From IMG/VR virus record IMGVR_UViG_2703718856_000009, positions 1-35,532 of that record: a stretch of 35,532 nt of DNA. The stretch is one strand, 5' to 3'. The stretch is from a virus (taxonomy: Duplodnaviria; Heunggongvirae; Uroviricota; Caudoviricetes). Position 1 is the first letter of the stretch. Every line of letters begins with the position of its first letter. Below, one piece after another: positions 28,058-35,532 of the stretch. The notes under the pieces are model-generated. The model was given only the letters and a program-made list of their open reading frames with translations, made no database searches and was not told the DNA's origin. Made by a program: the position numbers and the translations under genes.

Positions 28058-28154
28058 ACGCCCTCCAAACTAAGTTTTATTAGATGCTAATTACAAATCT
28101 ATCTTTGGTCAATAAAAACTAAGATTACTTAGCAATTCAAGAAATGGTGCTCCT
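28058..28154. promoter_or_regulatory. Divergent cro/cI control region (OR-like operators with PR and PRM)
   Basis: 97-bp AT-rich intergenic region with palindrome CTAAGATTACTTAG (28119-28132) and related CTAAGTTTTATTAG (28070-28083). Confidence 0.6.
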
Positions 28155-28781
28155 ATGGAAACGGTTGGTCAGCGTATAAAAGCTCTGAGAAGAGTTACCG
28201 GAACGTCCCAGAAAGAATTGGGTAAATTTTGTGGAGTAAGCGACGTTGCTGTGGGGTACTGGGAGAAAGACATCAATACCCCTGGTGGGGAGGCACTTTC
28301 GAAATTAGCGAAGTTCTTCAATACGTCAATAGATTACATTCTTTATGGTGCTGAGTTTGAAGGCAAACTCGTCACAAACATGCGCAGAGTTCCTGTAATA
28401 TCGTGGGTTCAGGCTGGGCAGTTTACTGAGTGCAGGGCAGCAGAAGTGTTTAGTGAAGTGGACAAGTGGGTAGATACATCATTAAAGGTTGGTGATAACT
28501 CATTTGCATTAGAGGTTAAAGGTGACTCCATGACTAACCCTAATGGCCTCCCAACAATACCAGAAGGCGCAACAGTGATTGTAGATCCAGATGCAGAACC
28601 TCGTCATGGAAAAATAGTCATCGCTCGACTTGATGGAACAAACGAAGCTACAGTAAAAAAATTAGTCATCGATGGCCCTCAAAAGTTTTTAGTGCCATTA
28701 AATCCTCGGTATCCCAACATCCCTATCAATGGTAATTGCCTTATCATTGGTGTAGTCAAAGGAGTTCAATACGAACTCTAA
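28155..28781 (+). CDS. CI-type repressor (HTH plus LexA-like S24 peptidase domain)
   Basis: 208 aa; N-terminal HTH (..VTGTSQKELGKFCGVSDVAVGYWEK..), C-terminal S24-like region with GDSM and a downstream Lys. Confidence 0.9.
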   Translation: METVGQRIKALRRVTGTSQKELGKFCGVSDVAVGYWEKDINTPGGEALSKLAKFFNTSIDYILYGAEFEGKLVTNMRRVPVISWVQAGQFTECRAAEVFSEVDKWVDTSLKVGDNSFALEVKGDSMTNPNGLPTIPEGATVIVDPDAEPRHGKIVIARLDGTNEATVKKLVIDGPQKFLVPLNPRYPNIPINGNCLIIGVVKGVQYEL

Positions 28782-28789
28782 GACCTCTC

Positions 28790-28865
28790 TTCTCTAACTA
28801 AGGCACCGAACTAAGAAAAGTTTGGTGTTTTCTCTTGCCATAATAACTAAGTTAAGTTAGATTTT
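28790..28865. promoter_or_regulatory. Candidate OL/PL-like operator region
   Basis: CTAAG-containing operator-like repeats (28798-28815, 28847-28860) just downstream of cI. Confidence 0.3.
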
Positions 28866-29028
28866 ATATCAAAGATAACGAACAGGCAGGACGCCCACGA
28901 AGTAGCCGCCTGGGGCATATGAAGTCCAGGATGATTCGTTAGCAACAAAAAAGCGCCCTACAGGACGCTTAGCTCTTTAACAATCTGGTCCCCATCAACA
29001 AGTAACTGATAACTTGAGGAGATGTGAA

Positions 29029-29235
29029 ATGCACAAAACAGAACCCAAAATCGTCGCGCCTGGCTACACAGATGAGGAAATTTATGAGTGGATGACAAAG
29101 AAGCTGGCAGCTATAAACCAGCTTCGTGAAGTGCTGTCTTATCGACAGGAAACAATAGACTCCTTAAAAAAACTGGATCAGGAAATCACGGTTTTATCAC
29201 AGGATGTTACTTTAGATATTGTGCAGACAAATTAG
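29029..29235 (+). CDS. Hypothetical 68-aa protein (coiled-coil-like)
   Basis: ATG at 29029 with GAGGA RBS 9 nt upstream; 3' end overlaps the convergent 144-aa gene by 29 nt. Confidence 0.5.
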   Translation: MHKTEPKIVAPGYTDEEIYEWMTKKLAAINQLREVLSYRQETIDSLKKLDQEITVLSQDVTLDIVQTN

Positions 29236-29641
29236 GATCCCATTCATTTTCGTCAAAATCATCAAAGTGATGAATTTGTGATCTCCAGTCTCGATAATCT
29301 AAAAATTTCTGGGCGGTTACGCTTATTTTATCAAGTGTGAGTTCATCCTGAATTGAAAGAAGAAGTTCATCAAATTTCATCTCATTAATCTGTTTTGGCA
29401 TCCAGTGATGCTTCATCAGAATAAGGTGAACCAGAGCCTTTTTCCCATTCAACTGATTATAGGGAGTGCCGAATTTCTTCCGGTGCTCATGTAAGACAAG
29501 GTCCAAAAGAGTAAGTAATGTTGCCCTTGATTCAACTTTGCTTATTTCGACTGATGACACTACCCCACTGATTTCAATGCCCCGATACTTTCCAACATTT
29601 TCACAGTGGGATTTGTACAGCGTATAGATATTACCGGACAT
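29207..29641 (-). CDS. Hypothetical 144-aa protein (AT-rich moron opposite to early-left transcription)
   Basis: AAGGA RBS 7-8 nt before the ATG (29639-29641); direct repeats GTTGTTGGGGA(A)TAAC twice (29657-29674, 29690-29708) in its upstream region. Confidence 0.6.
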   Translation of the reverse strand: MSGNIYTLYKSHCENVGKYRGIEISGVVSSVEISKVESRATLLTLLDLVLHEHRKKFGTPYNQLNGKKALVHLILMKHHWMPKQINEMKFDELLLSIQDELTLDKISVTAQKFLDYRDWRSQIHHFDDFDENEWDPNLSAQYLK

Positions 29642-29789
29642 TTCTTTTCCTTTTGCGTTGTTGGGGATAACCAGATTAACCGAATCCTTGTTGTTGGGGA
29701 ATAACTAGGTCCACCTCGCCTGATGTGGCTAAAAGCAGGCACATAACAGCTAAGTATTTTCAACCAGAGAGAATCCTTAGCGTTGTGGT

Positions 29790-30109
29790 GAATGCGGCTC
29801 AGCGCACGCGGGTTAAGGTTGAGGCTGACAGTCGACCTTCTGTGGATACCCACCCGCCTGGTGTGCAACCTTCGCCAGGCACCGGGAGGCACCCGGCACC
29901 ACAACTTTATGCTGTGTGTAGTCCTGGCGGTACCAGCTTGTACCCTTGCTTCCGGCTGGTACCGTCCTTTTTACAAAACAGAGAAGAGCATCACCGGACG
30001 ACGGGCTCATAACCCAATCCATCCGGGCGGCAGTCACCGCAGGTGTTCTTCTCTGTTTTGTGGAGAAACTAACCGACCTTGCAGGGTCGATATGATGAGG
30101 AGCAGCAAA
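29790..30109 (+). ncRNA. Candidate structured RNA / regulatory leader upstream of the yfdP-like gene
   Basis: GC-rich with several perfect hairpins, including a 13-bp long-range stem (29974-29986 with 30048-60); the ORF-track translation across it is not protein-like. Confidence 0.3.
29928..29972 (+). terminator. Intrinsic terminator inside the leader
   Basis: Perfect 10-bp stem CGGTACCAGC / GCTGGTACCG with a 17-nt loop, followed by TCCTTTTT. Confidence 0.6.
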
Positions 30110-30472
30110 ATGGCTAGCGAACGCAGTACTGATGTGCAGGCATTTATCGGGGAGCTGGACGGCGGCGTATTTGAAACCAAAATCGGCGCAGTTCTCAGTG
30201 AAGTCGCTTCCGGTGTGATGAACACGAAAACCAAAGGTAAGGTCTCGCTCAACCTAGAAATCGAACCGTTTGATGAGAACCGAGTGAAAATCAAACACAA
30301 ACTCTCATATGTTCGCCCGACTAACCGCGGGAAAATTTCCGAAGAAGACACCACCGAAACGCCGATGTATGTCAATCGCGGTGGTCGCCTGACTATTCTG
30401 CAGGAAGACCAGGGACAGTTGCTGACTCTTGCCGGTGAACCTGACGGAAAACTCCGCGCAGCAGGTCGTTAA
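30110..30472 (+). CDS. yfdP: YfdP-like prophage protein (120 aa)
   Basis: Start at ATG 30110 (MASERSTDVQ...) with GAGGAG RBS; the ORF-track upstream extension is non-coding; same length as K-12 CPS-53 YfdP. Confidence 0.65.
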   Translation: MASERSTDVQAFIGELDGGVFETKIGAVLSEVASGVMNTKTKGKVSLNLEIEPFDENRVKIKHKLSYVRPTNRGKISEEDTTETPMYVNRGGRLTILQEDQGQLLTLAGEPDGKLRAAGR

Positions 30473-30537
30473 TATCGTTTTTAATTAACTGATTATTTAT
30501 CTCATCACTGAATATCTTTATATAGTGAGGACTTATT

Positions 30538-31362
30538 ATGTCTCAGAACTTAGACGCAACCGCAATTAATCAAATCCATGCCCTTATTTCTGGTCAGGGT
30601 GTTAATGAAATTATCAGTAAGATTGGTGCCGATGCTGTGGCATTGCCTGAGAATTTCCGCATTCATGATCTGGAAAAATTTAATTTAAATCGCTTCCGTT
30701 TCCGTGGTGCGCTTTCCACTGCCAGCATCGATGACTTTACCCGTTATTCTAAAGATCTTGCAGATGAAGGCACCCGCTGCTTTATCGATGCTGATAATAT
30801 GCGTGCCGTCAGTGTGCTTAACCTGGGTACTATTGATGAACCAGGTCACGCAGATAACACCGCCACACTCAAACTGAAAAAGACAGCACCGTTCTCTGCT
30901 CTGTTGTCTATTAACGGCGAGCTTAACTCCCAGAAGTCACTAGCAGAATGGATTGAAGACTGGGCAGACTATCTTGTGGGCTTTGATGCTAATGGTGACG
31001 CTATTCAGGCAACAAAAGCGGCTGCGGCTGTCCGTAAAATCACGATTGAAGCAAACCAGACCGCTGATTTTGAAGATAATGACTTCAGCGGCAAACGCTC
31101 CCTGATGGAGTCTGTCGAAGCGAAGACCAAAGACATTATGCCAGTGGCATTTGAATTTAAATGCGTTCCGTTTGAAGGTCTGAAAGAACGTCCGTTTAAA
31201 TTACGCCTCAGTATTATCACTGGCGATCGTCCTGTACTGGTTCTGCGCATTATTCAGCTGGAGGCGGTGCAGGAAGAAATGGCTAACGAATTTCGTGATC
31301 TGCTTGTTGAGAAATTCAAGGACAGCAAAGTAGAAACCTTTATTGGTACTTTCACCGCCTGA
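30538..31362 (+). CDS. yfdQ: YfdQ-like protein (DUF2303-like, 274 aa)
   Basis: Length and sequence match my recollection of K-12 CPS-53 YfdQ; followed by the R-S-T neighbours. Confidence 0.75.
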   Translation: MSQNLDATAINQIHALISGQGVNEIISKIGADAVALPENFRIHDLEKFNLNRFRFRGALSTASIDDFTRYSKDLADEGTRCFIDADNMRAVSVLNLGTIDEPGHADNTATLKLKKTAPFSALLSINGELNSQKSLAEWIEDWADYLVGFDANGDAIQATKAAAAVRKITIEANQTADFEDNDFSGKRSLMESVEAKTKDIMPVAFEFKCVPFEGLKERPFKLRLSIITGDRPVLVLRIIQLEAVQEEMANEFRDLLVEKFKDSKVETFIGTFTA

Positions 31363-31489
31363 TTTCATTACTGCAAATGCCCCTGCGGGGGCATTTATGG
31401 AAACGTAATTTACTCAATAATCGCCGGATGGTGAGGGATTCTTTTTACCAGAATTCAGCTCGGTGCAGCGCATATACGTGGAGAACAAA

Positions 31490-32026
31490 ATGTCATTTAT
31501 TAAAACTTTTTCCGGGAAGCATTTTTATTATGACAGGATAAATAAAGACGACATCGATATTAACGATATCGCGGTTTCCCTTTCAAATATCTGTCGCTTT
31601 GCCGGTCATCTTTCGCACTTCTACAGCGTCGCCCAACATGCGGTTCTTTGCAGCCAGCTGGTGCCGCAGGAATTTGCTTTTGAAGCGTTAATGCATGATG
31701 CAACAGAAGCGTATTGCCAGGACATTCCCGCACCACTGAAACGCCTTCTTCCTGACTATAAACAAATGGAAGAAAAAATAGACGCCGTAATCCGTGAGAA
31801 ATACGGGTTACCCCCAGTTATGAGTACGCCCGTGAAATATGCCGATCTCATCATGCTGGCAACCGAACGCCGCGATCTCGGGCTTGATGATGGCTCTTTC
31901 TGGCCTTTACTGGAAGGTATCCCGGCAACAGAGATGTTCAACGTGATTCCACTGGCACCGGGCCATGCCTACGGGATGTTTATGGAACGCTTTAACGAGT
32001 TATCGGAGTTACGCAAATGCGCATGA
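31490..32026 (+). CDS. yfdR: HD-domain phosphohydrolase (YfdR-like 5'-deoxynucleotidase)
   Basis: HD motif context (..HLSHFYSVAQH.. and ..LMHDATEAY..); ATG at 31490 with GGAGA RBS preferred over the GTG at 31463; 178 aa. Confidence 0.8.
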   Translation: MSFIKTFSGKHFYYDRINKDDIDINDIAVSLSNICRFAGHLSHFYSVAQHAVLCSQLVPQEFAFEALMHDATEAYCQDIPAPLKRLLPDYKQMEEKIDAVIREKYGLPPVMSTPVKYADLIMLATERRDLGLDDGSFWPLLEGIPATEMFNVIPLAPGHAYGMFMERFNELSELRKCA

Positions 32027-32379
32027 ATGTTTTCGAAATGGAAGGGTTTCTTCGTGGGAGATGTGTACCGCGAGATCTGAAAGTAAATGAAACAGATGCT
32101 GAATACCTGGTGCGTAAATTCGATGCGCTTGAAGCTAAATGTGCAGCACAGGAAAACAAAGTAATACCAGTGTCAACTGAACTGCCACCAGCAAATGAAA
32201 GTGTTTTGTTATTCGATGCTAACGGAGAAGGCTGGCTAATTGGCTGGCGTTCTCTCTGGTACACCTGGGGACAAAAAGAAACCGGAGAATGGCAGTGGAC
32301 ATTTCAGGTCGGGGACCTTGAAAACGTCAATATCACTCACTGGGCAGTAATGCCAAAAGCACCGGAGGCTGGAGCATAA
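32017..32379 (+). CDS. yfdS: YfdS-like protein (DUF551-like, 120 aa)
   Basis: Size and position after the yfdR-like gene. Confidence 0.65.
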   Translation: MRMNVFEMEGFLRGRCVPRDLKVNETDAEYLVRKFDALEAKCAAQENKVIPVSTELPPANESVLLFDANGEGWLIGWRSLWYTWGQKETGEWQWTFQVGDLENVNITHWAVMPKAPEAGA

Positions 32380-32684
32380 TGACCACTTTTACCGACAAAG
32401 AACTGATTAAAGAAATTAAAGAGCGTATCAGCAGCCTTGACGTGCGAGACGATATTGAGCGCCGTGCTTATGAAATCGCACTCCTATCTCTGGAAGTAGA
32501 ACCAGATGAACGCGAAGCTTATGAATTATTCATGGAAAAGCGTTTCGGTGACTTAGTAGATCGTCGGAGAGCAAAAAACGGCAATAACGAATACATGGCA
32601 TGGGATATGACTCTCGGTTGGATCGTCTGGCAGCAACGAGCTGGTATCCATTTTTCAACAATGTCACAGCAAGAGGTGAAATAA
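32379..32684 (+). CDS. yfdT: YfdT-like protein (101 aa)
   Basis: Size and position; start overlaps the upstream stop. Confidence 0.6.
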   Translation: MTTFTDKELIKEIKERISSLDVRDDIERRAYEIALLSLEVEPDEREAYELFMEKRFGDLVDRRRAKNGNNEYMAWDMTLGWIVWQQRAGIHFSTMSQQEVK

Positions 32685-33034
32685 TGGAGCCATACAGCCT
32701 CACACTCGATGAGGCCTGTCATTTTCTCAAGATATCCAGACCGACTGCCATTAACTGGATACGCACAGGGCGTCTTCAGGCAACACGCAAAGATCCCACT
32801 AAGAATAAATCTCCTTACCTCACAACACGACAAGCCTGCATTGCGGCTCTTCAGTCTCCGCTGCATACTGTCCAGGTGAGCGCGGGTGATGGCATAACAG
32901 AGGAAAGAAAATGTCACTCTTCCGCAGAGGTGAAATATGGTACGCCAGTTTCACATTGCCGAACGGTAAAAGATTTAAACAGTCTCTTGGAACAAAGGAC
33001 AAAAGGCAGGCGACAGAACTCCATGACAAGCTAA
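32684..33034 (+). CDS. xis: Excisionase (P22 Xis-like)
   Basis: Internal ATG at 32684 with AAGAGGTGA RBS; [36 protein letters not shown]...; overlaps the int start. Confidence 0.8.
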   Translation: MEPYSLTLDEACHFLKISRPTAINWIRTGRLQATRKDPTKNKSPYLTTRQACIAALQSPLHTVQVSAGDGITEERKCHSSAEVKYGTPVSHCRTVKDLNSLLEQRTKGRRQNSMTS

Positions 33035-34074
33035 AGGCTGAAGCATGGCGGGTCAGCAAACTTGGTGAAATACCTGATATAACGTTCGAGGAAGCGTGTG
33101 TCAGGTGGCTTGAAGAGAAAGCACATAAAAAATCACTGGACGATGACAAAAGCCGGATCGGATTCTGGCTTCAACATTTCGCAGGAATGCAACTAAGAGA
33201 CATTACTGAATCAAAAATTTATTCAGCAATGCAGAAAATGACGAACCGGCGTCATGAGGAAAACTGGAAACTCAGGGCAGAAGCATGCAGAAAAAAAGGG
33301 AAACCTGTTCCAGAATACACGCCAAAACCAGCGTCCGTTGCAACGAAGGCTACGCATCTTTCATTTATAAAGGCCCTACTAAGAGCCGCAGAGCGTGAAT
33401 GGAAAATGCTGGATAAGGCACCAATTATTAAAGTGCCTCAACCAAAGAATAAACGGATCCGCTGGCTGGAGCCCCATGAAGCACAAAGGCTGATTGATGA
33501 ATGTCCGGAGCCATTAAAGTCTGTTGTTGAATTTGCACTGGCAACAGGCTTAAGACGCTCGAACATCATCAACCTTGAATGGCAACAAATAGATATGCAG
33601 CGCCGGGTGGCATGGATAAACCCGGAAGAGAGTAAATCAAACCGCGCAATTGGCGTTGCGCTGAATGATACTGCATGTCGCGTATTGAAAAAACAAATCG
33701 GGAATCATCACCGTTGGGTATTTGTGTACAAGGAAAGCTGTACCAAACCAGACGGAACGAAAGCGCCAACAGTAAGGAAGATGCGGTATGACGCAAACAC
33801 AGCCTGGAAAGCGGCGCTGAGACGGGCTGGTATTGATGATTTCAGATTTCACGACTTGAGACACACCTGGGCAAGTTGGCTGGTTCAAGCCGGAGTCCCG
33901 TTGTCAGTGTTACAGGAAATGGGAGGCTGGGAGTCTATCGAAATGGTTCGTCGATATGCTCACCTTGCACCTAATCACCTTACCGAACACGCACGGCAAA
34001 TAGACTCGATCCTGAACCCATCGGTCCCAAATTTGTCCCAGTCAAAAAATAAGGAAGGTACTAATGATGTGTAA
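32911..34074 (+). CDS. int: Tyrosine integrase, P22 Int-like
   Basis: 387 aa; [34 protein letters not shown]...; C-terminal catalytic region [17 protein letters not shown]...; 15 bp from the tRNA 3' end. Confidence 0.95.
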   Translation: MSLFRRGEIWYASFTLPNGKRFKQSLGTKDKRQATELHDKLKAEAWRVSKLGEIPDITFEEACVRWLEEKAHKKSLDDDKSRIGFWLQHFAGMQLRDITESKIYSAMQKMTNRRHEENWKLRAEACRKKGKPVPEYTPKPASVATKATHLSFIKALLRAAEREWKMLDKAPIIKVPQPKNKRIRWLEPHEAQRLIDECPEPLKSVVEFALATGLRRSNIINLEWQQIDMQRRVAWINPEESKSNRAIGVALNDTACRVLKKQIGNHHRWVFVYKESCTKPDGTKAPTVRKMRYDANTAWKAALRRAGIDDFRFHDLRHTWASWLVQAGVPLSVLQEMGGWESIEMVRRYAHLAPNHLTEHARQIDSILNPSVPNLSQSKNKEGTNDV

Positions 34075-34088
34075 CTTATTGATTTAAA

Positions 34089-34164
34089 TGGTGCCGATAA
34101 TAGGAGTCGAACCTACGACCTTCGCATTACGAATGCGCTGCTCTACCAACTGAGCTATATCGGC
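34089..34164 (-). tRNA. thrW: tRNA-Thr (anticodon CGU)
   Basis: Reverse complement reads GCCGATATAGCTCAGTTGGTAGAGCAGCGCATTCGTAATGCGAAGGTCGTAGGTTCGACTCCTATTATCGGCACCA, with cloverleaf features, CGT anticodon and CCA end. Confidence 0.95.
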
Positions 34165-34278
34165 CCTGAAAGGACATGTTCACGAACGTGAATCACGGTG
34201 GACAAGGTTAAAACTAACCGGGCGATGCGTCAATGGCCTTGTGAATCAAATGGCTACTTTTGCATCACCCGGTTTTAT

Positions 34279-35532
34279 TTACGCACGAATGGTGTAATCA
34301 CCAATGCCGATCCACTTGTAAGTGGTCAGTGCTTCCAGCCCCATTGGGCCACGCGCGTGGAGTTTTTGTGTGCTTACCGCCACTTCCGCACCCAGACCAA
34401 ACTGGCCGCCGTCGGTAAAACGCGTAGAGGCGTTAACGTAAACAGCGGACGAATCCACTTCGTTAACAAAACGCTGGGCGTTGCGCATATCGCGGGTCAG
34501 GATCGCATCGGAGTGTTGTGTGCCGTGTTCACGAATATGGGCGATGGCATCGTCAAGATCGCTGACGATTTTGACGTTCAAATCTAATGACAGAAACTCA
34601 TCGTCATACTCTTCGGCTTTAACAGCAACCACCTTCGCAGGGCCTGCCTGCAACTGCGCCAGTGCAGCTGCATCTGCGTGTAATGTCACGCCGCTTTCCG
34701 CCATTTGTTTGCTTAATGCGGGCAGGAAGCTATCGGCGATGTTTTTATTCACCAGCAACGTTTCAACCGTATTACATGTGCTCGGACGCTGAGTTTTCGC
34801 GTTGACGATCACTTTTAATGCTTCAGCGATCTCTACACTTTCATCAACGTAAATATGGCATACGCCTATACCACCTGTGATCACCGGGATTGTCGACTGT
34901 TCACGGCACAGTTTATGCAAACCAGCGCCACCACGCGGGATCAGCATGTCGATGTATTTATCCATACGCAGCATTTCACTGACCAGCGCACGGTCAGGAT
35001 TATCAATCGCCTGCACGGCACCCGCCGGTAAGCCGCAGGATTTCAGGGCGTCCTGAATCACCGCCACCGTTGCAGCGTTAGTGCGACACGTTTCTTTGCC
35101 ACCGCGCAGGATCACCGCATTACCGGTTTTCAGGCACAGCGAAGCGACATCAACCGTCACGTTCGGGCGCGCTTCATAAATCACGCCAATAACCCCCAGC
35201 GGTACGCGACGACGCTCAAGACGCAGGCCGCTGTCCAGTACGCCGCCATCGATTACCTGCCCCACCGGATCGGCGAGGTTGCACACCTGACGTACATCGT
35301 CGGCAATGCCTTTCAGCCGTGCGGGCGTCAGTGCCAGACGGTCAAGCATCGCTTCGCTAAGGCCATTGGCTCGCGCGTCAGCAACATCCTGGGCGTTAGC
35401 GTTGAGGATGATTTCGCTTTGTGCTTCCAGTTCATCGGCGATTTTTTCCAGCACGCGATTTTTTTCGCGGCTGGAGAGTTGCGCTAATTTATACGAGGCT
35501 TGCTTCGCGGCAATGCCCATTTGTTCCAGCAT
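34279..35532 (-). CDS. proA: Gamma-glutamyl phosphate reductase
   Basis: 417-aa [23 protein letters not shown]... to ...[12 protein letters not shown]; start codon is the last three bases of the window. Confidence 0.97.

Larger units (their letters stand above)
1..34110. mobile_element. Lambdoid mosaic prophage (HK97-type head, Mu-type tail, P22-type int) at thrW; left end outside window
   Basis: Contiguous phage modules from tail fibre to integrase, with int abutting the 3' end of tRNA-Thr next to proA. Right boundary is approximate. Confidence 0.9.

Noticed and set aside
29792-30109. N-terminal 100 codons of the 226-aa ORF 29792-30472
   Set aside because: Translation is Arg/Cys/Pro-rich and not protein-like, the DNA is dominated by perfect hairpins including a terminator, and a strong RBS plus ATG at 30110 starts the real gene.
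31463-31489. GTG start for the HD-domain gene as given in the ORF track
   Set aside because: An ATG at 31490 with a GGAGA RBS gives a 178-aa product matching the expected YfdR length; the GTG extension has no RBS.
34176-34192. Palindrome TTCACGAACGTGAA between thrW and proA as a phage operator
   Set aside because: Lies outside the prophage in host DNA next to the tRNA; more likely part of the native thrW promoter or terminator context.

Overview
Almost the whole window is one lambdoid mosaic prophage integrated at tRNA-Thr (thrW) next to proA; the left prophage end lies beyond position 1. All calls are from reading the ORF translations and the DNA by eye; no database search, alignment or GC computation was run, so family names are recognition-level inferences. 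Layout, right to left: proA (34279-35532, -), thrW (34089-34164, -), P22-type int/xis, a yfdP-Q-R-S-T-like early-left block, an AT-rich two-gene island, cI / operators / cro, a cII(YdaT)-like gene, an O-like replication gene with internal iterons, a LexA-DNA-binding-domain-only protein, a rusA with an in-frame stop, a KilA-N antirepressor behind a LexA box, an HNH-motif protein and antiterminator Q. Between Q and the holin sits an AT-rich + strand cassette (361-aa soluble protein plus 170-aa four-TM protein) with its own promoter and terminator; this is my main candidate for an undescribed accessory or anti-phage module. The late operon (all - strand) then runs holin, lambda R-type endolysin, Rz/Rz1, HNH endonuclease, TerS, TerL, HK97-type portal, protease and capsid, connectors, and a Mu-type contractile tail ending in an invertible tail-fibre segment cut by the window start. 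Other points worth a second look: tandem T7-like and SP6-like promoter look-alikes ahead of a consensus RBS and 40-codon ORF (18881-19129), an AT-rich convergent gene pair downstream of cI, a GC-rich structured leader before the yfdP-like gene, and apparent frameshifts in the tape measure gene and in ORF 26933-27271.
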